In this document: positions 40,620 to 49,381 of the stretch, piece after piece
How the letters are laid out: every line of letters starts with the position of its first letter
Position numbering within the stretch: position 1 is the first letter of the stretch
Assembly: GCA_047285305.1 (NCBI GenBank)
Contig: JBJBDL010000003.1
Span: forward strand, 422,892-486,891
Direction of reading: 5' to 3'
Source: Synechococcus sp.
GTDB taxonomy: Bacteria; Cyanobacteriota; Cyanobacteriia; PCC-6307; Cyanobiaceae
Length of the DNA stretch: 64,000 nucleotides
Notes under the pieces: model-generated
What the model was told of the DNA's origin: nothing
What the model saw: the letters and a program-made list of their open reading frames with translations, nothing else
Database searches by the model: none
Translations under genes and position numbers: made by a program

Positions 40620-42533
40620 ATGGGCAAGGTTGTCGGCATTGACCTTGGCACCACGAACAGCTGTGTTTCCGTGATGGAGGGCGGCAAGCCCACCGTTATC
40701 GCGAACGCCGAGGGCTTCCGCACTACGCCCTCCGTGGTTGCCTACACCAAGAACCAGGATCAGCTGGTGGGTCAGATCGCCAAACGTCAGGCGGTGATGA
40801 ACCCAGACAACACCTTCTATTCCGTCAAGCGTTTCATCGGCCGTCGCGTTGATGAGGTGAATGAGGAGTCGAAAGAGGTGAGCTACGGCGTTGAGAAGGC
40901 CGGCTCCAACGTGAAGGTGAAGTGCCCGGTTCTCGACAAGCAATTCGCGCCTGAAGAGGTTTCCGCCCAGGTTCTGCGCAAGCTGGCCGAGGACGCCGGT
41001 AAGTACCTCGGTGAAACCGTCAGCCAAGCGGTGATCACAGTTCCCGCCTATTTCAACGACTCCCAGCGCCAGGCCACCAAGGACGCCGGCAAGATCGCTG
41101 GCCTTGAAGTGCTGCGCATCATCAACGAGCCCACCGCTGCGGCTCTTGCCTACGGCCTCGACAAGAAGAGCAACGAGCGCATCCTGGTCTTCGACTTGGG
41201 CGGCGGTACTTTTGATGTCTCCGTCCTCGAGGTTGGCGACGGCGTGTTTGAGGTGTTGTCCACCGCTGGTGACACGCACCTCGGCGGTGACGACTTCGAC
41301 AAAGTGATCGTTGATCACCTGGCCGAGACTTTCAAATCCAACGAAGGCATCGATCTGCGTCAGGACAAGCAGGCCCTGCAGCGCCTGACCGAAGCCGCTG
41401 AAAAAGCCAAGGTTGAGCTGTCCAACGCCACCCAGAGCGAGATCAACCTGCCGTTCATCACGGCGACGCCTGAGGGTCCCAAGCACCTAGATCTCACCCT
41501 CACCCGCGCCAAGTTCGAGGAACTGGCCTCCAAGCTGATCGACCGCTGCGCCATGCCTGTGGAGCAGGCTCTGAAGGACGCCAAGCTGTCCTCCGGTGAG
41601 TTGGACGAAATCGTGATGGTGGGTGGTTCCACCCGCATCCCTGCCGTGCTCGAACTGGTCAAGCGGATCACCGGCAAAGACCCCAACCAGACGGTGAACC
41701 CCGATGAGGTGGTGGCTGTCGGTGCTGCCATTCAGGGCGGTGTGCTGGCCGGCGAGGTGAAAGACATCCTTCTGCTTGACGTCACGCCCCTCTCTCTGGG
41801 TGTGGAGACCCTCGGCGGTGTGATGACCAAGATGATCACCCGCAACACGACGGTTCCCACCAAGAAGACTGAGACCTACTCCACGGCTGTGGATGGTCAG
41901 ACCAACGTGGAAATCCATGTGCTCCAGGGTGAGCGTGAGATGGCATCTGACAACAAGTCGCTTGGAACCTTCCGTCTTGATGGCATCCCCCCGGCTCCCC
42001 GGGGCGTGCCTCAGATCGAAGTGACCTTCGATATCGACGCCAACGGCATCCTCAGCGTGACCGCCAAGGACAAGGGCAGCGGCAAGGAGCAGTCCATTTC
42101 GATCACCGGTGCATCGACCCTCTCGGATTCCGAGGTCGACAAGATGGTCAAGGACGCCGAGGCCAACGCCAGCGCTGACAAAGAGAAGCGCGAAAAAATC
42201 GACCTCAAGAACCAGGCCGAAACCCTCGTCTACCAGGCTGAAAAGCAGATGGGCGAACTGGGCGACAAGGTTGATGCCGATGCCAAGGCGAAGCTGGAGG
42301 AGAAGCGCCTCAAGCTCAAGGAAGCCACCGAGAAGGATGACTACGACGCGATGAAGACCCTGCTGGAGGAACTGCAGCAGGAGCTCTACACCGTGGGTGC
42401 TTCCGTCTATCAGCAGGAAGGGGCTGCACCTGGTGCTGGTGCGCCTGGTGCTGACGCCGGTGCCGGTGCCAACGCCGGTGGTGGCGATGCCAGTGACGAC
42501 GTCATCGACGCGGAGTTCACCGAGACCAAGTGA
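40620..42533 (+). CDS. dnaK: Hsp70 chaperone DnaK
   Basis: 637 aa with [19 protein letters not shown] and [12 protein letters not shown] motifs and a Gly/Ala-rich C-terminus ending EFTETK. Confidence 0.97.
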   Translation: MGKVVGIDLGTTNSCVSVMEGGKPTVIANAEGFRTTPSVVAYTKNQDQLVGQIAKRQAVMNPDNTFYSVKRFIGRRVDEVNEESKEVSYGVEKAGSNVKVKCPVLDKQFAPEEVSAQVLRKLAEDAGKYLGETVSQAVITVPAYFNDSQRQATKDAGKIAGLEVLRIINEPTAAALAYGLDKKSNERILVFDLGGGTFDVSVLEVGDGVFEVLSTAGDTHLGGDDFDKVIVDHLAETFKSNEGIDLRQDKQALQRLTEAAEKAKVELSNATQSEINLPFITATPEGPKHLDLTLTRAKFEELASKLIDRCAMPVEQALKDAKLSSGELDEIVMVGGSTRIPAVLELVKRITGKDPNQTVNPDEVVAVGAAIQGGVLAGEVKDILLLDVTPLSLGVETLGGVMTKMITRNTTVPTKKTETYSTAVDGQTNVEIHVLQGEREMASDNKSLGTFRLDGIPPAPRGVPQIEVTFDIDANGILSVTAKDKGSGKEQSISITGASTLSDSEVDKMVKDAEANASADKEKREKIDLKNQAETLVYQAEKQMGELGDKVDADAKAKLEEKRLKLKEATEKDDYDAMKTLLEELQQELYTVGASVYQQEGAAPGAGAPGADAGAGANAGGGDASDDVIDAEFTETK

Positions 42534-42553
42534 TCGGGTGATTCCCCACCGCA

Positions 42554-43630
42554 CTAGGGCCCTGCGGGGCCTCTTTTTTTTGCCTGCTCAACGGCAGCGG
42601 CGACCCACTCGGCGGTGCCAGGTGTGAGCAGAACGCCGTTGCGATAGTGACCACTGGCGAGGATCAACCCGGGTTCCAGCTCCTCCAGTAGAGGGGCCGG
42701 GCGATCCACGGGCCGGGCTCGCAAGCCACTCCAATGGTCAACCACCGTGGCTGAGCGCAGCCACTCCGGTGCCCGCTCATTCAGGTTGCGCATCAGGGTC
42801 AGAGGATCCTCCGAGGCGCGATCGCCCGGTTCCACGGTGGCCCCAAGCAGCAACCGCCCGGGTGCGGTGGGAATCAGGTTGAAGCCCTGATCCACCAGCA
42901 CTGCGGGCCATTCGCGCCACGATGCTGGACCCGTGGTCAGCTGGAGTGACAGGGCTTGCCCCAACACCGGTGTCATCGGGCGGGCATGGCCCAGGGGTTC
43001 CAGCAAGTCCTCCGCGCTCAGTGCAGTGGAGAGCACCACAACGTCGTGAACGGAGCTGTCTCCATTTGCTCGATGCAAACGCCAGTGTTTGTGATCGCGC
43101 TCCAATCTGATCACTTGCGTGGCGTTTAGCTCCACGCTTTGTTTTGCCAGCGCCTGTCGCAGGGCCAGTTGCAGCAGCATTGGATCCACGCGACCGTCGT
43201 GGCGCGAGTGCAGGCCACCGTGGTTGGCCGTCGGCCAGACCTCTGCTAGGTCGGCGTTGGCGACCATTTGCAGGCCTAGGTCAACGCGCTGAGCGGCCAG
43301 CGACTCCATTCGCTCAGCCGCTCGTTCGTCCTCGGCGATTTGCAGCAGGCCCGGATGGAGTTTGAGGTCAGGCTGGTGAGCTTGCAGAGTTTTGATCCAT
43401 TGCGGCCAGAGCTCCATGCTCCTGAGGCGCAGTCTCCAGCCCCGGCCGCTGCTGCGCCGAAACACATGGCCCATCAGCACCCCGAGGGATGCCGATGTTC
43501 CATTCAAATCGTTTGCTGATCCCTCGCGATCAACCGACTGGTTCAGGCGAGGGTCGGAAACAGAAACATTGTGCCCTTGCTGGGCGAGATGCCAGGCGGT
43601 GCCGAGGCCGATGGCCCCAGCACCAATCAC
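42554..43630 (-). CDS. FAD-dependent oxidoreductase (DAO family, ThiO/glycine-oxidase-like)
   Basis: IGAGAIGLGTAWHLAQQGHNVSV dinucleotide fold and a C-terminal GHYRNGVLLTPGTA motif. The first canonical start is GTG at 43630, but VGV of the expected beta-1 strand is encoded just upstream. Confidence 0.8.
   Translation of the reverse strand: MIGAGAIGLGTAWHLAQQGHNVSVSDPRLNQSVDREGSANDLNGTSASLGVLMGHVFRRSSGRGWRLRLRSMELWPQWIKTLQAHQPDLKLHPGLLQIAEDERAAERMESLAAQRVDLGLQMVANADLAEVWPTANHGGLHSRHDGRVDPMLLQLALRQALAKQSVELNATQVIRLERDHKHWRLHRANGDSSVHDVVVLSTALSAEDLLEPLGHARPMTPVLGQALSLQLTTGPASWREWPAVLVDQGFNLIPTAPGRLLLGATVEPGDRASEDPLTLMRNLNERAPEWLRSATVVDHWSGLRARPVDRPAPLLEELEPGLILASGHYRNGVLLTPGTAEWVAAAVEQAKKRGPAGP
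42557..42581 (+). terminator. Intrinsic terminator of dnaK
   Basis: GGCCC-TGCG-GGGCC (42558-42571) followed by TC and T8 (42574-42581), starting 25 nt after the dnaK stop. It lies inside the last codons of the convergent gene. Confidence 0.75.
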
Positions 43631-43644
43631 TCCAACTGAGTGAG

Positions 43645-44094
43645 TCAGTTGAAGGCCTCAGAGGGGATGAGATCGCTGTAGGCATCAAATCCTGCAGCCA
43701 CGGCGCTGTAGGACTTCTGAAGTCGGCTGAAGTCCTGCAGACGCGCTGCTTCATCGAGGTCAGCGAGAGCTTCTTTCAAGGAGCGGGCCACCTTGGTGGC
43801 TTCCTTGCGTTCGCTCTTGTCGAGGCGCTGATTGATGTAGAGCATTTCCCGACTCACTTCCTGCATGGGGCCATGTAAGAGGTTGCGGGTGAACACCCAA
43901 TCCTTCTCACTCACCAGGCGGGCCAGGTCAGGCAGTCGGGATTTTGCGTCTTCAAAGGCTGCGGCTTGGCGGCGGATCACGCCCAGGTCGTCAGGATTGA
44001 TGCCGCCGGCATTGGCAGCAGCCGGGGCTATCAGACCCAGACTCAAAGCGACGCAGAGGCAGAACGCAGCAAGGCGGCTCAGAGCCTTCAGCAT
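43645..44094 (-). CDS. psbQ: Photosystem II extrinsic protein PsbQ (CyanoQ)
   Basis: 149 aa with a signal sequence and then a four-helix-type body (DWVFTRNLLHGPMQEVSREMLYINQRL...LADLDEAARLQDF) matching my memory of CyanoQ. Confidence 0.75.
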   Translation of the reverse strand: MLKALSRLAAFCLCVALSLGLIAPAAANAGGINPDDLGVIRRQAAAFEDAKSRLPDLARLVSEKDWVFTRNLLHGPMQEVSREMLYINQRLDKSERKEATKVARSLKEALADLDEAARLQDFSRLQKSYSAVAAGFDAYSDLIPSEAFN

Positions 44095-44168
44095 GGTGAT
44101 CGAAAATGTCCCTGCGACTTTAACCAGCTCCTCTTGCGCGGGAGAATTTTGTTTTTCAAAGCGTTGTT

Positions 44169-45023
44169 GTGAGTGACGCCACGGTCATCCTGCAGATGAT
44201 CTGCTCCGATCGGCCCGGCCTGGTCAGCGAATTGGCGGGTTGGGTGGCGGCCAATGGCGGCAGCATTCGTCATGCCGATCACCACACGGATGCGGGAGCT
44301 GGGTTGTTTCTCAGCCGGATTGAGTGGCAGCTCCATGGATTTGGCATTCCCCGGGATGTGCTTCCTGAAGCGGCTCAGGCTCTGGGACAGCGGCTTGGTG
44401 GTGAAGCGCAGCTCCACTTCTCAGACGTCCATCCCCGTGTGGCGATTTTTGCCAGCAAGCAGAGCCACTGCTTGCAGGACTTGCTCTGGCGGGTTCAAAG
44501 CCGGGAGCTGCCCATGCAGGTTCCCTTGGTCATTGCCAACCATCCGGATCTGGAACCCCTATGTGCGTCGTTTGAGGTTCCTTTTGTTTGTGTCCCGGTC
44601 AGTCGGGACACCAAGGCTGAAGCGGAGCAGCGGATCCTGCAGCTGCTTGAAGAGAACAAGATTGAACTTGCGGTGCTGGCCAAATACATGCAAGTGCTGA
44701 GCAGTGATTTCCTCAAGCGTTTTCCCGAGGTGATCAACATTCACCACTCGTTTCTGCCTGCGTTCAAGGGCGCTCAGCCTTATCACCGGGCCTGGGACCG
44801 TGGAGTCAAGCTCATCGGTGCTACAGCCCATTACGTCACCGAAGATCTGGATGATGGCCCGATCATTGAGCAAACCACTGTTCCCGTAAGCCACCGGGAC
44901 GAGGTTGAGGATTTGATCCGCAAAGGCCGAGACACGGAACGTCTTGCCTTGGCGCGGGCCCTTCGCCTTCATCTGCGCCGTCAGGTGATGGTCTACCGCG
45001 GCCGTACGGCGGTGTTCGCATGA
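44169..45023 (+). CDS. purU: Formyltetrahydrofolate deformylase
   Basis: N-terminal ACT domain (ILQMICSDRPGLVSELAGWVA) and a formyltransferase core (NIHHSFLPAFKGAQPY, GATAHYVTEDLDDGPII). The start codon is GTG. Confidence 0.93.
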   Translation: MSDATVILQMICSDRPGLVSELAGWVAANGGSIRHADHHTDAGAGLFLSRIEWQLHGFGIPRDVLPEAAQALGQRLGGEAQLHFSDVHPRVAIFASKQSHCLQDLLWRVQSRELPMQVPLVIANHPDLEPLCASFEVPFVCVPVSRDTKAEAEQRILQLLEENKIELAVLAKYMQVLSSDFLKRFPEVINIHHSFLPAFKGAQPYHRAWDRGVKLIGATAHYVTEDLDDGPIIEQTTVPVSHRDEVEDLIRKGRDTERLALARALRLHLRRQVMVYRGRTAVFA

Positions 45024-46300
45024 CGGCCCGTCTGTGCACATGGCTGAGGGGCGACTGCCCGGCCGCTGCTTCCCTCTGGGGTTGGTGCCTGTTTCAGCTC
45101 GGACTGTTGCTGCTTCCTTCCTCAGTCTTCCTGGCCAGCCTGCTGTTGCTGCCGGCCTTGGTCCTGGGCAGCCTCAGTCGTGAATCCGCCTACTGGCGTG
45201 ATCGCTGGAACTGGCCGCTCATGGTGGCTGGCGGGCTCATGCTGCTCGGCTGTTTCAGCGCCTTGCGTGCTGATCTGGCTTGGGCCGGTCTGGCCAATTG
45301 GCTGCCTTTCTTCTGGGGGTTCTGGGGGTTCCAGCCCTATGTGGCGGAGGCGGGGGCGCGTCGCCGTGCGGCGCTCTGGTTGGTGGCGGGGACGGTGCCT
45401 GTTTTGGTGACCGGCTTGGGTCAGTTGTGGTTGGGGTGGCAGGGGCCCTGGCAGTTCCTGGGGGGCCTGGTGATCTGGTTCGTGGCCCCTGGGGGCGAGC
45501 CGAAGGGCCGACTGTCGGGCTTGTTCGATTACGCCAACATCGCCGCGGCCTGGATGGCACTGGTATGGCCGTTGATGTTGGCGGCCCTGATTCAGCCTGG
45601 TTTGAACCGCTTTCGTCGTGTGGTGATCTTCAGCCTCGCCGCAGCCTTGGTGATTGCGTTGGTGCTCACCGACTCACGCAATGGCTGGGGTGCGTTGGTG
45701 TTGGCGGTGCCCGTGGTGCTTGGGCCGGTGAGTTGGCCCTGGTTGTTACCCCTGCTGGCCCTTGGATTGATCCCTGTTCTGTTGGCGGTTTTGCAAGGTG
45801 TTCCGGAGCTTCTCCAGGACCCTGCCCGGGTTTTGGTTCCTGAGTCGGTGTGGTCACGGCTTGGCGATAGCCGCTATGCGGGGGAGCGTCCTCTCGCCTC
45901 TACCCGTGTTGGTCAGTGGGGCGTGGCTTTGCAGTTGATCGCTGAAAGACCATGGCTGGGCTGGGGTGCTGCAGCTTTTTCTGTGCTGTATCCCCTGCGC
46001 ACTGGCATATGGCATGGCCACTCCCACAATCTGCCGTTGGAGCTGGCGGTCAGCAGTGGGGTTCCGGCGATGCTTGCTCTAGTAGGTCTGGTGCTGGCGT
46101 TATTGATCGTTTCCTTGCGGTGCAGCCGTATGAAATTGTTTGATCGTGCCTGGTGGGGTGCGGTGTTGGTGCTGGTGGTGCTTCATGGCACCGACGTGCC
46201 TTTCTTTGATAGCCGCTTGAACATTGCCGGTTGGATCCTGCTGGCCGGACTGCGCAGTCGGATTCGGCAGAGCGAGACGGCAGCGGTCAGCCCAGGCTGA
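45020..46300 (+). CDS. O-antigen ligase/polymerase (Wzy_C) family membrane protein
   Basis: 426 aa and polytopic, with TDSRNGWGALV and WLGWGAAAF...HGHSHNLPLE blocks typical of the O-antigen ligase family. Its ATG overlaps the purU stop (ATGA). Confidence 0.75.
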   Translation: MTARLCTWLRGDCPAAASLWGWCLFQLGLLLLPSSVFLASLLLLPALVLGSLSRESAYWRDRWNWPLMVAGGLMLLGCFSALRADLAWAGLANWLPFFWGFWGFQPYVAEAGARRRAALWLVAGTVPVLVTGLGQLWLGWQGPWQFLGGLVIWFVAPGGEPKGRLSGLFDYANIAAAWMALVWPLMLAALIQPGLNRFRRVVIFSLAAALVIALVLTDSRNGWGALVLAVPVVLGPVSWPWLLPLLALGLIPVLLAVLQGVPELLQDPARVLVPESVWSRLGDSRYAGERPLASTRVGQWGVALQLIAERPWLGWGAAAFSVLYPLRTGIWHGHSHNLPLELAVSSGVPAMLALVGLVLALLIVSLRCSRMKLFDRAWWGAVLVLVVLHGTDVPFFDSRLNIAGWILLAGLRSRIRQSETAAVSPG

Positions 46301-47861
46301 GGGCCTCTTGGCGATGCTCCTGCAGCTTCGTCTGACTCAAGGGGCCATCGAGATGCCCCCAGGGCAAGACCGTGTCAGAGCTCCACTCATCGTGCACCAC
46401 GCTTTGCCAACTGGGGGGGAGCGGCAAGACAACGCCTGCGCTGCGGGCTTCAGGGAGTTCACCTGCTAGGGCGGCTCTATAGGCCTTTTTCCAACCACCC
46501 AGGCTTTCTTGGGAGCCGCGCACCGCTGCGATCACGGGCGCCAGGCGTCGGTCGCTGCGGGAGAGCAGGGCCTGGATCACGCTCCAGCCGTAGCTTTCCG
46601 GACGCAGATCAATGCCCTTGGGTTTGAGGCGTTTGGCCAGCAGTTTCAGGCGTTTTTCAGCTTCGGGGCGTACCCCCTGCCATTGGAAGGGAGTATGGGC
46701 TTTGGGAACGAAAGTGCTTACCCCTAGGGTGAAGCGCAGTCCAGGGGTGGCTTTTTTAAGGCTCAGCAGTAGTGCTGCGGTGCTTTCCACATCGTCGTTG
46801 TCTTCGCAGGGGAGTCCCACCATTCCGTAGAGCTTCAAAGCCTTGAGGCCTCCTTGCTTGGCATGGCGGGCCGCAGCTTCAATTTCTTCGCCGCTGAGCT
46901 TTTTGTTCACAACGCGGCGCATGCGCTCGCTGCCGCTCTCGATAGCGATGGTGAGGGATTTGCTACCTCGTCCTGCCAACACAGCCGCCAGCTTCGGAGT
47001 GACCGTTGCGGCCCGCACGGAACTGACGCTGACCCTCAGGTCATCGAAGCGGTCTTGGGCTAGCCAGTGGAGCAGATCGCTGAACTGAGGGTGCTGGGTT
47101 ACGGATGCCCCCAGCAGGCCGAGGCGTTTGGTGGCTTTGAGGCCTTTCTCAACCGCAGGGATCAGCCCTTCATCTAACGATGGGGTTCGGAACGGCAGGG
47201 TCAGATAGCTGGCCAGGCAAAAGCGGCACAGTTCCGGGCAGCTGCGCACCACTTCGACCATGTGGATGTCGGGCCACGCCGCTTCCGGGGTAATCACTGT
47301 TGAGTGGCTGAGGCTGTTGCCGCGCCAAGTCTGTTTGGCTACCCGTTCTGGAAGAGTTGCATCCACCGGTGCCAACCCCAACAGGGTCCCGTCCGCTGCA
47401 TAGCGGGGTGCATGGAGCTCTGGCACGTAGATCCCCGGCACTAGGGCTAGATGCTGCAGTTGTTCGGCTCGGGGTTGGCCCTTCACGCTCTGAAGGGCAT
47501 CGATAAATGCGGGCAGCAGATCTTCGCCATCGCCTAGCAGCACTACATCAAAAAACGGTGCAAGGGGCTCGGGATTGGCGGTGAGCACAGGTCCGCCACC
47601 AAACACGATTGGATGGTCGTCGGTGCGCGCGTGGCTCCAGATCGGGATGCGCTGCTGTTCCAGCAGATCGAGCAGCACTGGTCCGTCGAGTTCCCAGCTG
47701 AGAGAAAGCCCAAACAGGTCGCAGTGCCGGTGGGGTGGATCTCCTTGATCAGTGAAAAGTCGGCGCACGTCAACGTCGGACCGCATCGCCAGGGTGGACC
47801 AGACGATCTGATAACCAAGGCTGGTAATGCCAACCGTGTAAGTGCTGGGGAAGGCAAGCAC
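46287..47861 (-). CDS. Radical SAM protein with an N-terminal B12-binding-like domain
   Basis: 524 aa with a CPELCRFC (CxxxCxxC) cluster motif. The substrate is unknown. The 3' end overlaps the convergent ligase-like gene by 14 nt. Confidence 0.8.
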   Translation of the reverse strand: MLAFPSTYTVGITSLGYQIVWSTLAMRSDVDVRRLFTDQGDPPHRHCDLFGLSLSWELDGPVLLDLLEQQRIPIWSHARTDDHPIVFGGGPVLTANPEPLAPFFDVVLLGDGEDLLPAFIDALQSVKGQPRAEQLQHLALVPGIYVPELHAPRYAADGTLLGLAPVDATLPERVAKQTWRGNSLSHSTVITPEAAWPDIHMVEVVRSCPELCRFCLASYLTLPFRTPSLDEGLIPAVEKGLKATKRLGLLGASVTQHPQFSDLLHWLAQDRFDDLRVSVSSVRAATVTPKLAAVLAGRGSKSLTIAIESGSERMRRVVNKKLSGEEIEAAARHAKQGGLKALKLYGMVGLPCEDNDDVESTAALLLSLKKATPGLRFTLGVSTFVPKAHTPFQWQGVRPEAEKRLKLLAKRLKPKGIDLRPESYGWSVIQALLSRSDRRLAPVIAAVRGSQESLGGWKKAYRAALAGELPEARSAGVVLPLPPSWQSVVHDEWSSDTVLPWGHLDGPLSQTKLQEHRQEALSLG

Positions 47862-47917
47862 CGTGCGCAGGGCTCCGGGTTCCGGCGTGGCCGGATCGAA
47901 CAGCAGCGTTTCCTGGT

Positions 47918-49363
47918 TCAGCTGGGGCCTCCTGTTGGGCCTGATGGCAGGGATGGCGGCGTGAATGGACGTCTGTAGCGGTTGAGCTTCATCGTCATCC
48001 GATCTTCAGCATCGAGTTCCATGCTCATCTGACGTTCGTAGATTGAGTGGGGATGGAAAAGTCGGGCGATCACGAAGCTGGTCAGACAGGCCACCAGGAT
48101 CGGTTTGAGGATCAGCAGATCCTTGGTGAGGGCAAAGGCCAGGAACATCGCCGAGATCGGCGTGCGGGAACAGCCGGCCACGAAGGCGCCCATGCCCGCG
48201 AACACATAGGTGGTGGGCACATGGCCGGTGAGGGCTTCAACGCCAGATCCCCCGGCCAAGCCAATGGCCCCTCCCAGCGTCAGCATTGGCATGAACAGTC
48301 CCCCTGGCGCTCCTGAGCCCGCCGCCAGGCCGGTGCTGAAGAAGAGCACCACAAAGCTGGCAAGGGCCAGGCTGATATCGGCTTTTCCGGCTCCGATCAG
48401 GTGCTTCAGTTCGCTGGGGTTATGAAAGGCATCCGGCAGGGCCGCATAGACGCAGCCCAGCACGAGCCCGCTTACGGTCATGCGCAGGATCAGTCGGTCC
48501 CCGAACCAACGGTTGCCCTGCCGCTGCATGGTGAGCACGTAGCGGCTGTAGAGCTCCGCTAGCACACCTATCACCACGCCGAGAGCCACCAGATACAGCA
48601 GATCCACCGGCAGGAAGCGCACCAGGGGGGTGTACTCCCGTTCCAGTTGAAACCCGATGGTGCTGTTGAGCCCGCCGCCCCCGGGGTTGAGGCCGAGAAA
48701 GCCGAGCACATCCGCCAGGGTGTCGGCCGAGAAGGTGGTGATGATCACCAGCAGCAGCACCACGGGCCTGGCGGAGTGGAGCAGCTCCTCGATCGCGTAG
48801 ATGAATCCACCGATAGGAGCACTGAACACGGCGGCAATACCGGCACCACCACCGGCGGCCACAATCACCCGGCGAAAGGCCACCGGTGCTCGCAGCCAGC
48901 GGGACATCTGCCAGGCCACGGAGCCGCCCATCTGAACGGCGGGGCCTTCCGGGCCCAGGGGGAAACCCGAGCCGATGGCAATGATGCCCGCCACCAGTTT
49001 CACCAGGCCCACCCGAAGCCCCATCGGAACTGACCGGTGGCGCAGGAAGCCCATGATGTGGGTGATCCCGGCTCCGCCAGCGGCCGGAGACAGGTTGGTG
49101 ATCAACCAGGCCGAGACCATACCGCCGATGGCGCCTAGGGCGGGGAGTACCACCCAGGCTGGAAATTCATCGAGCAGGTCGAGCCGCCAATCCCGCAGCA
49201 GGTTGATGCCGCTGGTGAACAGCAGGCCGGTGATGGCAGCCCCAAGGCCCGTGAGCGCCAGAGCCAAAACCACCACCAGCCAGCGGCGTTCCAACAACCT
49301 CGTGATGCTCCGGCTGGAGCCCAGGAGGTGGCGTAGTTGTTTGGGTTCGCTAAGGGATGGCAC
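47918..49363 (-). CDS. ClC-family chloride channel/transporter
   Basis: 481 aa and polytopic, with GSGFPLGPEGP and GGLFMP selectivity-filter-like motifs. Confidence 0.85.
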   Translation of the reverse strand: MPSLSEPKQLRHLLGSSRSITRLLERRWLVVVLALALTGLGAAITGLLFTSGINLLRDWRLDLLDEFPAWVVLPALGAIGGMVSAWLITNLSPAAGGAGITHIMGFLRHRSVPMGLRVGLVKLVAGIIAIGSGFPLGPEGPAVQMGGSVAWQMSRWLRAPVAFRRVIVAAGGGAGIAAVFSAPIGGFIYAIEELLHSARPVVLLLVIITTFSADTLADVLGFLGLNPGGGGLNSTIGFQLEREYTPLVRFLPVDLLYLVALGVVIGVLAELYSRYVLTMQRQGNRWFGDRLILRMTVSGLVLGCVYAALPDAFHNPSELKHLIGAGKADISLALASFVVLFFSTGLAAGSGAPGGLFMPMLTLGGAIGLAGGSGVEALTGHVPTTYVFAGMGAFVAGCSRTPISAMFLAFALTKDLLILKPILVACLTSFVIARLFHPHSIYERQMSMELDAEDRMTMKLNRYRRPFTPPSLPSGPTGGPS

Positions 49364-49381
49364 AGATGAGGTGATTCGGGA

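Noticed and set aside
40590-42554. Two very long minus-strand ORFs (298 and 355 aa) antisense to dnaK
   Set aside because: They lie fully inside a high-confidence dnaK CDS. Their products are low-complexity (Gly/Val/Leu/His-rich) with no motifs. Long antisense frames are an expected artefact of GC-rich codon usage and are notoriously common opposite hsp70 genes.
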